Below are positions 1-12,010 of a stretch of DNA of 64,000 nucleotides, piece after piece. The position numbers and the translations under genes are program-made. Positions within the stretch are counted from its first letter, which is position 1; every line of letters begins with the position of its first letter. The stretch lies in the NCBI GenBank assembly GCA_008632985.1, contig QPGO01000029.1, positions 124,001 to 188,000 of the forward strand, in the 5' to 3' direction. The notes under the pieces are model-generated. The model saw only the letters and a list, made by a program, of their open reading frames with translations, was not told where the DNA came from and ran no database searches. The stretch comes from Psammoneis japonica. Lineage: Eukaryota.

Positions 1-1007
1 AGCAGTTTTTCGGCACCTTCCTTTTCCATGGCAGCTGTGTTTGCTAGCACCTGCACGTTGGGCACAGGATTAGCTTTAGGAAGATCAAACTGTGATTTTG
101 TAGCGAAATTGTCTTGCAACATCTCCTTCTGTTTCTCGAGAAGCACCCGCCTTCCTTCGTCTCGAACCATGGCTCGCAATTTCGCCTTGTCTTCCAACTC
201 TTTCCTTTCGGCCAACCTCTCCTCTGTCCAGAAGTCCTCGTCTAGATTTGCTTCAAAATAGGCCTTCTCAAGCAACTCTTCAAGCAAAAGCTCCCGTTGG
301 GTAGGATAAGTTTTATCCATGTGCCATGTATGGGATTCGAACTGCCAGAACCCAGCATCGTCGCTTGGCATGGGAGCTCCGATTACTCCGTTTCGACGGC
401 CCCACAACATTTGTTCAGCTTCAGGAGAAAAGGCTTTCTCAACTTCTTCTGCAGTGGTTAACCACAACGGTGCCTCTTCCTCTAGCTCATCGACAACCAA
501 TTGTCGAGCTTTCCTAAAGCGTTCATTCCTCGCATCACGATTCTCTTGTGCAACACGCAGCTCCTCTTGGAACTCTTCGTGGCGTTTCTGTTGAATTTCG
601 CGTTGACGAATGGCGTTCTGAGCCGACCGAATGTTCTTTAACCTCTGCCTCTCCAACCTGAGCCTCGTTTGTTCTTGTCGTTTGGCTTTTTCTTCCGCCT
701 CGTCTGCAGCTCGTTGCGCTGCTACTTCAGCTGCATACTGTTTGCGGAGTTTAGATACCTCCTTTTTGTATGCCGCTCGTCGAACAGCAAAGTCCGTCGC
801 TCTCTTTCTCGCAGCTCTGGCAGTCTCTTCCTGCAATATTGCAGAGTTCGAATAAAGCCTCTTAGTGTTCAGAAACGATTTTACATCCTCTTCGATTGAT
901 CCGCACCGTGCTACACAATAGGCTGGGTGGAAGTATCGACCAACCACAGCGCTGCGGCGAGTTGAACTTAGAGAAAGAGAGCGCAAGACGATTGCAGTAT
1001 TTGACAT
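1..1007 (-). CDS. Coiled-coil protein with mitochondrial-type presequence, possibly mitoribosomal mS26-like; 3' end runs off the window
   Basis: Manual translation from ATG 1007 is open to base 1: MSNTAIVLRSLSLSSTRRS (R/S-rich), then a long E/R/Q/A helix, then LVVDELEEEAPLWLTTAEEVEKAF. Not in the ORF track because there is no stop inside the window. Confidence 0.7.
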   Translation of the reverse strand, partial: MSNTAIVLRSLSLSSTRRSAVVGRYFHPAYCVARCGSIEEDVKSFLNTKRLYSNSAILQEETARAARKRATDFAVRRAAYKKEVSKLRKQYAAEVAAQRAADEAEEKAKRQEQTRLRLERQRLKNIRSAQNAIRQREIQQKRHEEFQEELRVAQENRDARNERFRKARQLVVDELEEEAPLWLTTAEEVEKAFSPEAEQMLWGRRNGVIGAPMPSDDAGFWQFESHTWHMDKTYPTQRELLLEELLEKAYFEANLDEDFWTEERLAERKELEDKAKLRAMVRDEGRRVLLEKQKEMLQDNFATKSQFDLPKANPVPNVQVLANTAAMEKEGAEKL

Positions 1008-1846
1008 TGTCCGCCTCTCCCCTTGATAATAATGGTACTGAAAGTATCAAGAGAAGCTCTTTGCTTATCTATCCCTCTCGGCTTTCAAGGTACTTGTAAG
1101 TAAGGTGAAACATCCAACATAGCAATGTCAACACAAGGTCAACACCGCAAACTCCTGTCAGTTGTAACCTCCGCTTTGCGGCCGACGGACAGATGGGCAA
1201 CATGGGCAGATAGATAGAATGGCAGACTGACATGGTTTGTTTTTATCAAACAATGCATATATCGAATTCTGTACGCGGGCAGTATTGATTCATACAAGTA
1301 CCAATTCCCACGAGCCACAAACGTGTGAAATAGATATTTCTGGGTTACGCAGACACTTCACAATTGTGGCTCTCGTGATTCCTGTGATTTCGCGCGACGT
1401 CACAAAATCGAGATTTATGACCACTCGTTTATGTCCGCGGTATGATTTTTAAGTTGTGCTGACACAGGCGAAGTCTATCGGATGCAACGGAGAATCTAGT
1501 CCATTTACTATTGAACTTATAGATAGGCTAGGTAGTAATATTCCTCTACAGCACGAATGTTCATTAGGCTATTCAAACTGATGCACAGCGCACAAGTACA
1601 TAAGGGCTGATAGTTTCATATAAGCCATATCATCTCTGTGAAAAAATCGTTAAATAACTTTCGCAACGGCCAGGGGAAAAACGACTTCTTCAACGGGTCA
1701 CAGGGAGACATTCGTTTGTGCACGTAACGTGAAGCTGAGTACTCGCTCGCCGTAGCGCCCCATACAAACTCAACGTGCGTGCTCTTGTTGTTCTCTCTTC
1801 TTCTTGTAGTTAGTTGTTGATTCAGAAAAACGTGCAGCAAGCGACC

Positions 1847-3726
1847 ATGAACCGCCAGAACTCCCAGCCGGGCGGGGGCGAAACAAGTGAGAAGTCACCT
1901 CTTTCACTCCTTGTCCATGCAGCTGATGCCCAGAATCAGCCAAAGCGACCGCCCAACGGCGGCTCTGGCAGAGGAAAGCCGCCCCAGGCAGCTGCCGGTA
2001 CGTTGAGACGTGAAATCAACGAGCCCAGCATCGAAGAGCAGATTATGCAGCGCCAGGTTGCTGTAGCCAGAGCTGAAGCTGCGTTTCAGAAGCAGCAACA
2101 GCAGCAGCAACAACAAGGTCTTCTTCCGCCCCACCTCCAACGGGGACTCGAAGCTGAACTGTACCAACAGAGTACTTTAGCGGCGGCTGCTCAACAACAG
2201 CAGCAACATGCCGCCGCCATGGCGATTGCGTCCGATCTTCGCTCTGCTGTGGCCGCTGCTCAGCTCCGTCAAGCTGCCCAGATACAGAACCACGATCTTC
2301 TGCTTGCTCGCGCCGCACAGCAGCAACTTGGATTTGGAGCCGGAGGACTACCGGTAGACCAACTTCAAGAGCTCGAACTTCAACGTCTAGAAGAGTTGGA
2401 GAGACGCCACCTTCTCGCCCAGGCTGCAAGTGGCCATGCTCCTCCTCGACTACCCAATGCGGCCTTAGCGGCTCGTCAGTTGGAGATGCAAGAAGCGCAA
2501 CTGCGTCAGGAGCAGCTTGAACGCCTACAACAGGAAGCGCTTCTCGAGCAGAGTAGGGTTGCACGAGGTGGACCTGCTGAATTGGCCCCTGCCCAGGGTG
2601 CCAACGCTGACGTTCCCGTCGCCGGTGTCCCGGGAGACACACACAGCGATAGCTTTGAGAGGACCCCTGGTTCCGTCGTAGTTCCCTGTCGTGCTCGTGG
2701 GATGCCAATGGACCACAACTTCAAGGTAAGAATATGAATGTTGCGTATTTATTGATGTGATTGTATGCATCGTATTTTTCATACCAAACACACATTGTTC
2801 TTATCGTGGTGTTTCCCCTTCAGACCGCCTACTTTGTCATTCCAGAAAACGTGGAACACGGCGAGGAGCTAATCTGTTCCTATTACGCCTGCCGCAACGC
2901 TGGTATCAAGTTCCGTTATTGCACGTACTGCAAAGTGCCGGTGGCTAAGAGGAACTTTAGAAAGCGCCACAGGCACGGCATAACCGAGAAAAACGAAAAC
3001 AAGGATGCCGACGACGACAGCCACTCGGGTGATGAAGCGGGGTCGACTGCAAGCGCGAAACCCGACAAGCAATCCACTGCTAAAGAGCTAGGTGAGATGG
3101 GCTCTGATAACGAGACCAGCAAGCCTTCCTCAAAGGAGTCTGAGGATGCCGCGGAGAAAAAGTCACCCGAAGAGCCCACTTCAAAAGACGTGGAATCACC
3201 CGTCGCCAAAAAGAAGAGTGGCGACGAAGACGACGATGGCGACGATGACGATGGCAGGATCGACGGAGAGAGGAAACGTCGTTGGGCAGCTCTACTTGTG
3301 AATCGCCCTCCAACGAAAAATGGAAGTGCCATGTCTACTTGGTTGATGGAGGTCCTTGCCGTTAGTGATTTGGACACACCGCTCGCGGACAAGGCACAAG
3401 GAAGTGAATCAAAGTCTGAAGCCAGCGCCGATCCTTCCGAGAAAGAAGAGAGTGCCAAGCCTGACTCCACTGCTGAGGAAGAGAATGATGAGGAAGAGAA
3501 AGAGAAGGTTGAAGGAGCTAAAGCTGTGGTGTCTTCTGAGAGCGTTCTGATCAAGAAGAAGCGCCCTCTGTCAATCTTCATCAACAAGGAAGAAGACAAA
3601 GAGGAGAAACCCGAGAAGTCGGGGTCTGATCCGTCTGATAACGACGATGGAAGTAGTGGTGGCTTCGCCGAATGGAAAGACCGCAAGAAACAAAAAGTTC
3701 TTCAGAAAAAGGGGATGCCGGAATAA
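1847..3726 (+). CDS. Q-rich nuclear-type protein with Cys/His (putative zinc-binding) domain; 2 exons
   Basis: GT-AG intron 2726-2823 joins ...PCRARGMPMDHNFK|TAYFVIP...CSYYAC...FRYCTYCKVPVAKRNFRKRH. Poly-Q N-terminus, acidic C-terminus, basic NLS-like clusters. Confidence 0.8.
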
Positions 3727-3846
3727 ACTGGGATCATGAGTTGATGGGAGGAATTATTGCATTAGCTTTGCACCCCTTCATCGGCGATAGTTTTTTGGGG
3801 TTAACAGTGTATGGTATATAGTATTTGTGTTAATACCGGTATGTTG

Positions 3847-3890
3847 CTCTCTCTCTCTCCCTCTCTCTCTCTCTCCTAGAGCTAGCTAGT
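3847..3890. repeat. (CT)n microsatellite followed by CTAG/GCTA patch
   Basis: ctctctctctctccctctctctctctctcctagagctagctagt. Confidence 0.9.
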
Positions 3891-4114
3891 TATTCCTTCC
3901 ATATCAGACCACCTTGCTTGCCATAAGATGGTCGACACCAACCTCATCTTTCGCAGTGTATAATAGGTGCGGCCGGCAGTTTGAAGTCTATTTATTCGCG
4001 CGCGGAGGGAACAGCGGTTTCACTCCTGCTTCGCTCTCCACTGTGCAATCTGCCGTCGTCGTTACTGGTCAGGCCAACATCAACGAAGCAGGAAGATTGT
4101 ATCGTATCGCTTAT

Positions 4115-5037
4115 ATGAAATTCAGCCTACTAACATGGATTTTTTTGGTGTTTGCAACGACTGATCTCAAAGTTGACTGCACACAGCCGCCTTTGCTTGA
4201 GACATCAACTCGCCATCAGCATGATGAGTGGCCAACCAACGTTCCGACCAATGCCACGAGGGTAATAGAAAGTATTGTCCATCAGATATTGGTGTGGAAA
4301 AGTGAGGCGATGAAAATGAAAGAAAAACAAAGGCTCCCATTTGTGACTCTAGCCTACGCCCAGAGTTTGGACGGAATGATTGCAGTGGCATCCTCCGATC
4401 AAGCGGGTGGGTCTACTTCGAGTAACTTCCCTCTAAGTGGCTCTGAATCATTGCGCATGACTCATGCTCTCCGTTCAGTGCACGATGCTATTCTTGTTGG
4501 GGGTCAGACACTCGTTATTGACAATCCAAGGTTGACCAATCGACTGTGGCATACCACAACGCGTCTGCAACCTCGAGCTGTCGTGCTGGATACAAATTTG
4601 CGTCACCTAAGACAACGTTGCGAGAGGGTTGCAGAGCCAAGGATCTTATCGTGTGTTGTAGCTATGAAGCTGCATCTAAACACCAAGCAATAAATCCTGC
4701 TAGCTCAATTGAGTTGCTGCCGTGTCGGTGTACGAATGAGGGAAAGCTTGATCTGCTGGATGTGTTGAGACAGTTACATGAACGGTTCGGCATTAGAAGT
4801 ATCATGGTGGAAGGAGGTAGCTCAGTTCTGACTTCCTTTTCAAGCAGAATGTTAGCCGATTGTGTATGCGTTACAATTGCGCCCTTGGTTCTGGGCGCCG
4901 AACGAGGTCTTCCGGCCTTTGGCCGACTGTCAGAGTCTGACGGATGCAAAACCGAAGAGCATGCCCAAATGAGATTCTCTTCATCGGTATTTATACCCCT
5001 CCAGTCAGATTGTATTTACATTGGTCGGTGCCACTGA
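4115..5037 (+). CDS. RIB7: RibD C-terminal domain pyrimidine reductase (RIB7-like); one frameshift near 4620
   Basis: PFVTLAYAQSLDG, THALRSVHDAILVG, DNPRL, QPRAVVLD in one frame; SIMVEGG and IAPLVLG in the next; hydrophobic N-terminus. Confidence 0.8.
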
Positions 5038-5092
5038 CATAGATACGAACTGAACATCTTATTTCGATTGTGTTCTTACGTTATTATTGGTG

Positions 5093-6408
5093 CTACTCTG
5101 AACGAGAGCCCTTGGAGCTCGGTTCTTGCTCCTTTGATTGTGTGGCTGACACCAAAACCTTCTGGATATCCGCCTTACTCTTTGCCCTTCTTGCCAGCAA
5201 AGCTTCCTTACCACCACCCTTTTCCTCCCAGTATCTTATTATTTGTTCCCCTGCAACCTCCCCGGTGCTTGTATCCCATATGAGTTGAAAGCCTACGTTG
5301 GGATCCACCATATGCATGTCTCTTTCTTTCGGTTTACCAAGGGGGTTATGAATGTAGCGGACCCCCTTGAAATCGAAATCTTTTGGACGGTGCGAATGCC
5401 CAAAGACGTGAAGATGCCGTACATTGGATACCGTTTTTGGTACGAGTGATCGGAGCTGTTCATCCAAAAGATCAGATCCTGCAACCTTTGCAAATTTTGC
5501 AGATATTTGCGGGGCACCGTGGTCCAGCCACTCGTCTCGCAAAAACTCGGGAGAATCCACGTCCTTCCAGTCCGGCAGACACTGCTGGTTTGGTAGAAAG
5601 TGTGATACCGTCATTACTCCAAAGCCTCTGTCATCACCCTCTCGTCTAAGTCTCCCAAGTTCTCTTTGAACAGAGCTTATATCAGGCTCGTTACATTTTA
5701 TTAAATATTCTGTCAGATCTTTTGGAATACGTGCATTTTCATCCTCCAAAGCTCGAGGAGGGAATTCGTGTGGCCACTGACAACGTGAAAAATCTGTCCA
5801 GGGCCAAGTTGAGAAACCGTTGCAAAACGCTTCACAGCCCTTGACGCTCAACGTGCCATCGTACCACCCCTGCATGGGAACAACCCAAACAGGACAGTTT
5901 GAATCTCCTCCCACCCGCAGAGAATTCGTGTATACGCCCATTTGTCGACACATTTCACAAGTAACCTGCAGCTTTTGTACTGAATCTTCAATGCACATGG
6001 CGCGACAGCTACTTGTCAACCAAGCTTCGTGATTTCCTGGAACAAAAAGATATCACATTGTAGTTGTTGCAACACTTCGATTGTCTTTGTAACACAGGAC
6101 AATTCATGAGCAATGTCACCCGCCACAACTAACAAGTCTCCTTTTCCTGGAATTTCGTCGTTCATTGTGGCTTTGGTGCACTTGTGTTCGAGCCATCTCA
6201 TGTTGATGGCAGAGTCAGTGTGTAAATCTGATAGACAAAAAATTCTCTTGGCGGTATCGAGACGTTCGCATTCTGTTGGAGCTTCTGTGGAGCTTCTGAG
6301 GGAAAGTTGGATACGTCTTGTTCGCCTCTCAACCGCGCATCCGGTCAATAATGAAGTACTTCGTTTTATACAGAGCAGCAGAAGAAACGCCGCAACTGAC
6401 TTTGACAT
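5093..6408 (-). CDS. Calcineurin-like metallophosphoesterase; frameshift near 6045
   Basis: LSDLH, VAGD, GNHE (restored by adding one T to the T-run at ~6043-6048), SHF and FGHSH motifs; signal-peptide-like N-terminus. Confidence 0.85.
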
Positions 6409-6706
6409 GATGGAAAGCCGACGAGGTCAAAATCACATGCGCTGAGCAGGGTGTAGTGTACAGTACACTCTCTAGCTCAAGCTTGTTGAATACCTGGGCA
6501 TATATTTATCTTTTTGACGGCGGCCTCTCTGAAAAATCACATGTGCTGAAGTCGTTTCGCTTCCAGCTTGCGCCGCCCACTTCGCTTCTCGCTTGATCGT
6601 CAAAAGGGGTGTCATCGCTTTGAGGAATGTGAAGGTCAATTAACGGTCATCAGTAACGAGGAAAGTATTGAATTTTTTCGAAAAAGTTAGCGCGCGACTT
6701 CTCGAG

Positions 6707-6776
6707 CTTTGGGCTTTGGGCGACGTTGCTTTCTGCAACTTCTTTGGGCTTTGGGCGACGTTGCTTTCTGCAACTT
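6707..6776. repeat. Perfect tandem duplication of a 35-bp unit
   Basis: ctttgggctttgggcgacgttgctttctgcaactt twice. Confidence 0.95.
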
Positions 6777-6785
6777 CTGTGTTAT

Positions 6786-6974
6786 AAATTTAACGTCTGT
6801 ATCGTACGTTTAACGTCCGATCAAACCAACCCTCTTAGGTTTAACGTCCCATCAACGGCTGCTTGGATGGTTTCCATTACATATGAGATTTTTGTGCACC
6901 ACGATTGATCGGCCGTTAAAAATTGAAGGGTTGGTTTGATTGGCCGTTAAATGTATGTTAAAGACGTTAAATTT
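6786..6974. mobile_element. MITE/foldback-like element with ~75-bp imperfect inverted arms
   Basis: Left arm aaatttaacgtct...tttaacgtccgatcaaaccaaccct... is reverse-complementary to right arm ...agggttggtttgattggccgttaaa...agacgttaaattt. Three TTTAACG iterons per arm. No clear TSD. Confidence 0.6.
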
Positions 6975-7274
6975 CATCATTTGATTAGTCCGACTGAAGT
7001 ATCGTATGTTGAATGTTGGCGAGAGCGAGACTGTTTTCAGTTTTCAGTTTGATGTGATTGAAGTCGTTTTCGAAGTAGCAATGGACCATTGCCAATGGTA
7101 ATATCTATCTTCCTCCCGGCACACTGTTCGTCTTTGGGAACTATCTCTAAAGTGATAACTGGCAGAAGATGCGCCTTGCTATCCGTCGAAAGTTCTCGGG
7201 TAGTTTGGAACGGTCTCCATCCGCTCTTTTTTCTCTCCCACCGTAGCACTGTCAGGAGGGCTCTTGGGATCATC

Positions 7275-8080
7275 ATGTCAGAAAAAGGACTTGTTCCAGA
7301 GTCAGTGTTTTCTATTGCAAAAGAGACGAATCAAGGAAAACACAATTCGGCGTTTTACAAGCGTTCGCTACGGAGAAGAAAAGGGCTCACAGACATGAAA
7401 GATTTCGTATTGATTGTACTGCCACCAACGAGCGTGCTTCCAGACCTCTATCCGGAGCGACTTTTCACGCCAAGGCTGGTTCAGTGGGAAAATAGGCTTG
7501 TTCAATTGCAAAGCGTCGCGGCCTTTTACGCCACGCTTGGAGGAGGCTATTTTTTGTGTCGATATCTAAGTACTGCCGTTGTGCTTGCACGAAAACAACG
7601 CGCCATTTGCGTAGCCATGGGTGACTACGAGGCAGCAGATCGATGCACCATCAATGAAGCTTACAATTATGTACGTTGTCGCCTCTCATGTCTTTGGAAT
7701 TTATGAAATGCTCTGTAGTTGTACAGAATCTCACTTGCTCTCCTCTTTCCAAATAGATCCATGCTGGTCATTTCAATCGAGCTCTCGCCCTGATTCGGTC
7801 AGTCAAGAAGGAAGCGAAGCAACGTGATGATACCATTACTGTAAAAATGTCGAACAGCGCCCTTCTTTTTTGTAAAAGAGTAAGACGAGCATCGAAATAT
7901 GATGATTCAAACAATGGCGACACGACAACAGCCGAATCATCATCGGGCCATGCGATGAGACCCAACAGGAAAGAGTCAACGCAGGGCACTTTGTCTCGTG
8001 CGAAAATTCAAGCTACGTCCACAGTAGATGACTATCAACGCATTCGTATTGTGAAGGATCGGACTCGCAATGCCATTTAG
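7275..8080 (+). CDS. Conserved hypothetical helical protein (DUF4807-like); 2 exons
   Basis: Intron 7671-7756 keeps frame: FYATLGGGYF...AMGD...RCTINEAYNY|IHAGHF. Family assignment from remembered motif only. Confidence 0.7.
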
Positions 8081-8253
8081 CCTTGTGTCGAACGATGACA
8101 TGAAATTCCACACACGGAACTTGGGAGCTGTACCGATGCTTGGGGTGTACCGATGGTCGTTTTTCGTGTTTCTCCCTGCTATTGTTGAAGCTTGTTGAAA
8201 GAGTGCGGAAGCATAGCAACATGTTGTACCACCATAGTAAGGCTAAAATGCTT

Positions 8254-10418
8254 CTATTTTTTAGATGTTGATGCCGTCGACTCTGATTCCGATGCCACTG
8301 GCCTCGCGTTAGATGACTTTGCCTTTCGACTGGAAGAATTAGAGGTGCCCATTGATATACCGCCATCCCTAATAGCCTCCTGTAAAAGTAGCTTGCACTC
8401 AGCAATGAGACTTTGGCGATCGCTATTCTTCATTTCCGCGCTTGCAGCTAAATAGGCTTCTTTGGCAGCCAACTGGCGCTCCACTCTTGCCAAATTATCT
8501 CGAACTCTGTTGAGATGCTCCTTAGCACGTTCATTGTACTTGAACATACCGAAGAACAGATCAAAAGAGTCGGACGACGTCATCTCTGCAACATCGCAGA
8601 GAGCAGCATATTCCTTTGAAGTAACTGGGGTTGCTGGAAGCAGCTTGCGGTCAATTAGGCGGCCGGTCAGGTGCGTAACAAACTCAGCATCAGCGGTTGA
8701 AGAATCAATCTCTTCGGCAGTCATTTCCACCATTTGGCATCTAGCTTGCTCAAAAATAGAGAGAAACTTGGTACAACGCCCCACGTCAGCAATTCGCACC
8801 TTTTCATACACCAACGGGCATCCTTCCCAAGATGATGCAGTGTAGGCTTCCTGATTCGGCACCGGTCCAAACATTGGGTGCGTTGATAAAATGTCAACGT
8901 CCGGCGCCAGATGTCGCAGCATGACTGACTTGGGAAAACCACTGAGAGGATTCACTTCCACAACCAGCTTTCCTCGGAGCCGATCGGAGGGTATCGAAGT
9001 AATGGCGCTTTCAAAATCAATCATGGGCACCGCTACGATGATAACGTCCGACTCTGCAAGGAAGCTAGACATTTCGTAGTGTGGGTAAAAGTCTATTCCA
9101 ATTTCCTGGGCCTCTTTTGACTTTCGCATGCATCCATGAAACGAGCAAAATACATATCGGTTTAGAACCGCATGCTTTAAAGGCATGATAGAAGAACAAG
9201 TTCTCTTACCTTGTCAGCTATGTCAACACATGATAGCTTGTGTCGCTTCGACAGTTTACGTGCCAGAAACTGTCCATAGGCACCAAATCCAATGATTCCA
9301 ATCTTCATAGGGACAACACCTTCTGTATCACTGGGAAGTGATGCAAGGCTAATTTCCCTTGGGTCAATATGCATAGTCTTGAGCTCTTCCACCTCATCTG
9401 CGACCGGTCCCACAAGCCGCGACTTTTGGGGATAGGAACCGAGGATTCTGCAAAAGTCTGCCTGCTCTCGTAAATGAGCCAAAGCATTCTGTGCGTTTTC
9501 GTTGAGCTCACTTTCCAAAAAATCAAGATAGAAGCAATATCGAAAGCGGGGAAGGTCCGCCTTGTTGCGCGCTTTACGCCCCGACTGCTGACTACGGAAC
9601 TTGAGGAAGTTTAGAAGCGACGCAGAAGTGGGTCTACTTTCAATCTTGGAAAAATCAATGTCACGAAGAGAAAAACACGCCAGTGCTTTGTACAGTGCAC
9701 CTTTGGTGTTTGGGAGTGTGAATACAATGGACGTCTTTGATGGGATCTTCTTGGTCAGATATTGCATTACACCTTTGCGAGCTAGCAGTAGGAAGCGCGT
9801 AAAGTTGGTGTCATCATCCTCAATACCCACGTCAACACAATTCAGCCCATAGGTATCGCCCGCAAGATCCGATGCAATGGCTGCAGTATTTTCTGGGGTG
9901 CAATCCTCAGGCAAGTTTCCTTCAGCAATCATTTTCGCACTTCCAGCAGTGTCATAAGTTGGAATTGGTTTTATGCCGAGTCCTCGAAGAAAATTGTCGC
10001 ATTGAGCCAGGGCCTGGGGGTGTGATATGGCGTACTTTATGTCTGATCGTTTCACTCCTGGCTTTGCTAGGAGACAATGTTTAACTCGAAATTCATGCTC
10101 TCCGATGATTGTGAGGTCGTAACGAAGCATGAGGTCGTAGTTTTCGTGAATTGAACCTCCCAGCGAATTCTCGACTGGTAGACATGCGTAGTCACACTCC
10201 ATAGAAGCTACAGCTTGAAAACATGATTCAAAAGTCGGGCGCCCAATAGCAACAACCTTGGAGCCTAACAGCTCACGCGTAGATTTCTCCGAGTATGCAC
10301 CAGGTTCGCCCTGATAAGCAACTCGTATCGGTGTGCTACCTGCACCAGTGCCAAGGGAGGCTCCGTCTATAAAAACCAAGGATCCCAATACCAGCAAGGA
10401 AGTAAGTAGAAGCCTCAT
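8254..10418 (-). CDS. Fusion of prephenate/arogenate dehydratase (PDT+ACT) and TyrA-type arogenate dehydrogenase; signal peptide
   Basis: VAYQGEPGAYSE, PVENS, SHPQALAQC, NFTRF, KIESRP; then IGIIGFGAYGQFLA, THPMFGP, DSFDLFFGMFKYN. GT-AG intron 9121-9209 joins the two ORFs in frame (DIADK|SKEAQE). Confidence 0.9.
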
Positions 10419-10769
10419 ATTCCACTATGGTGTACGGTGTACCGGTATCTCTCCTTTGCCGTTCCTTCTGCACGCAACCGCCATGGGACCCTCAATTTTG
10501 TGAAGGGAAGTGAGACGTGAGACATCATTCTCTATTCTACAATATACATATCCATAGCTTTTTATATGCCATCTTGTTGGGTTATCAGCCGGCCTTCGAC
10601 CTGCATCTTCCAATCTCCAGACTCTCTCTCTCTCTCTACCGGCACTGCTCTACTCCAGCCACGACTGGTAGAGGGCCCCTGCTCTCTAGAGCAGCTGCCA
10701 GCTCCGAAGTAAGTAGAGAGTACCTGGTACAGGTAGAGTGGAGCTCTAGAGACGACGAGGAACTCCTCG

Positions 10770-12010
10770 ACCTTGCTTTGCTTTGTTCGCAATGCCACTT
10801 GCAAGAAACCTTTTTCGCCAGCCCCAGAGCTTGCCAGAAGCTCAACAAGAGTCTGGTGTGTGAACTCTCGTCCACCCCAAAATTGTGGCATGAGCATTGC
10901 CTCCAAGCCTTTCTTGATTTGGGATTTTTCCAAAGGAAGTTTGATCCTTGTCTCTCTTTTGCTCTGACCCAGGAGAGACTGTGTGGTGTGGTCATCTGCC
11001 TGAATCGTGACTGTGGGGTCAGCGCCGTGCACCAGTCTGCCATTTTTGATCAAGTCATCCAAGGCCCGCATGAAAGCTTTGCCAAGTTTCTTGGGATGCC
11101 AAGTCTTGGAAGCAGATGAGCAGCAGCACTGTCAAATTGTCTCGCACAAAAGCGCTGCTGGTGCAATGATCAACATGACATCGGCAATGGCTGCTGGCAT
11201 GCCCCAATGGCACCAAGTGATGGCAACAAAGACAAAATGATTGACGGTCAAATTGTGAGCAGAGACAGGGAAGATTTTTGGAGCTGCATTGCCAAGAGGC
11301 CTCACAACAGGAAACATGCAGACAGCAGTGCTGAAACATGGCCCCAGAACGCAACTTGGCTGTGATGACCTTTTCTCAGCAGGCTGTCACAAGCACAATG
11401 CACGAAAGAACAAGAGTTCTCCTCAACTCAGAAACCAGAGCTCTTGATGCATGGGGGGGGGGGGGGGGGGGGGGGGGGNGGGGGGGGCAAGACATTGAGA
11501 TGTCAAAAATTTGGGCTGCAAACCCCCAGCATTTTGTCAACAGCAGCTGCTCAAGCACTTCTTGGTGTGGTGACCCCACTGGCAAGTCTGTGGATCAGTC
11601 TTGGGGCTGCCCTTCCATCGCTGGTGTGCTTTTGCACTTGTCTGCAAACAATCATCATGGCATTGCTTTGGCAGCAAATCAAATTGCAAGACTGCTGCTC
11701 CCAAGCAGTCTCATCATGTTGCTGCTTTCAAAACCCTTGTGTCTGGCACCTTGCTCAAGAGAGCTCACACTGAAGGCATTTGCTTGCCTCCTGCAGACAT
11801 TCTGGATCTTGATGAGTCTGTGGGTTGGCATCAATTTCACCAGCCTCTTCCACCAGCAGCTGGGTTCCAACCCAAACTTGGCCCAGTCCCGTGCTGGCCA
11901 CTTGACCACCCTCTAAACACCTGTCCTTTGGTCCTCTGGAAATGACAGCTCCAGACTGCAATCTCTTGCTTCACTCTCAAAGCTGAGTGACAATGCACCT
12001 CTTTTGCCCT
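10770..12010 (+). mobile_element. Degenerate Ty1/copia RT-RNase H remnant
   Basis: KLNKSL...PKLWHEH...LGFFQRKFDPCL; DPTGKSVDQSWGCPSIAGVLLHLS...IALAANQIAR; PKQSH; SRAGH; CPLVLWK*QLQTAISCFTLKAE match copia motifs (APKLWY, GFxQSxxDPCL, YPSIVGMLLYL, PKQSH, CPLxWKSQLQTxIxxSTxEAEY). Confidence 0.85.

Noticed and set aside
6707..6776. CRISPR-like 35-bp repeats
   Set aside because: Only two adjacent copies with no spacer, eukaryotic context, no cas genes.
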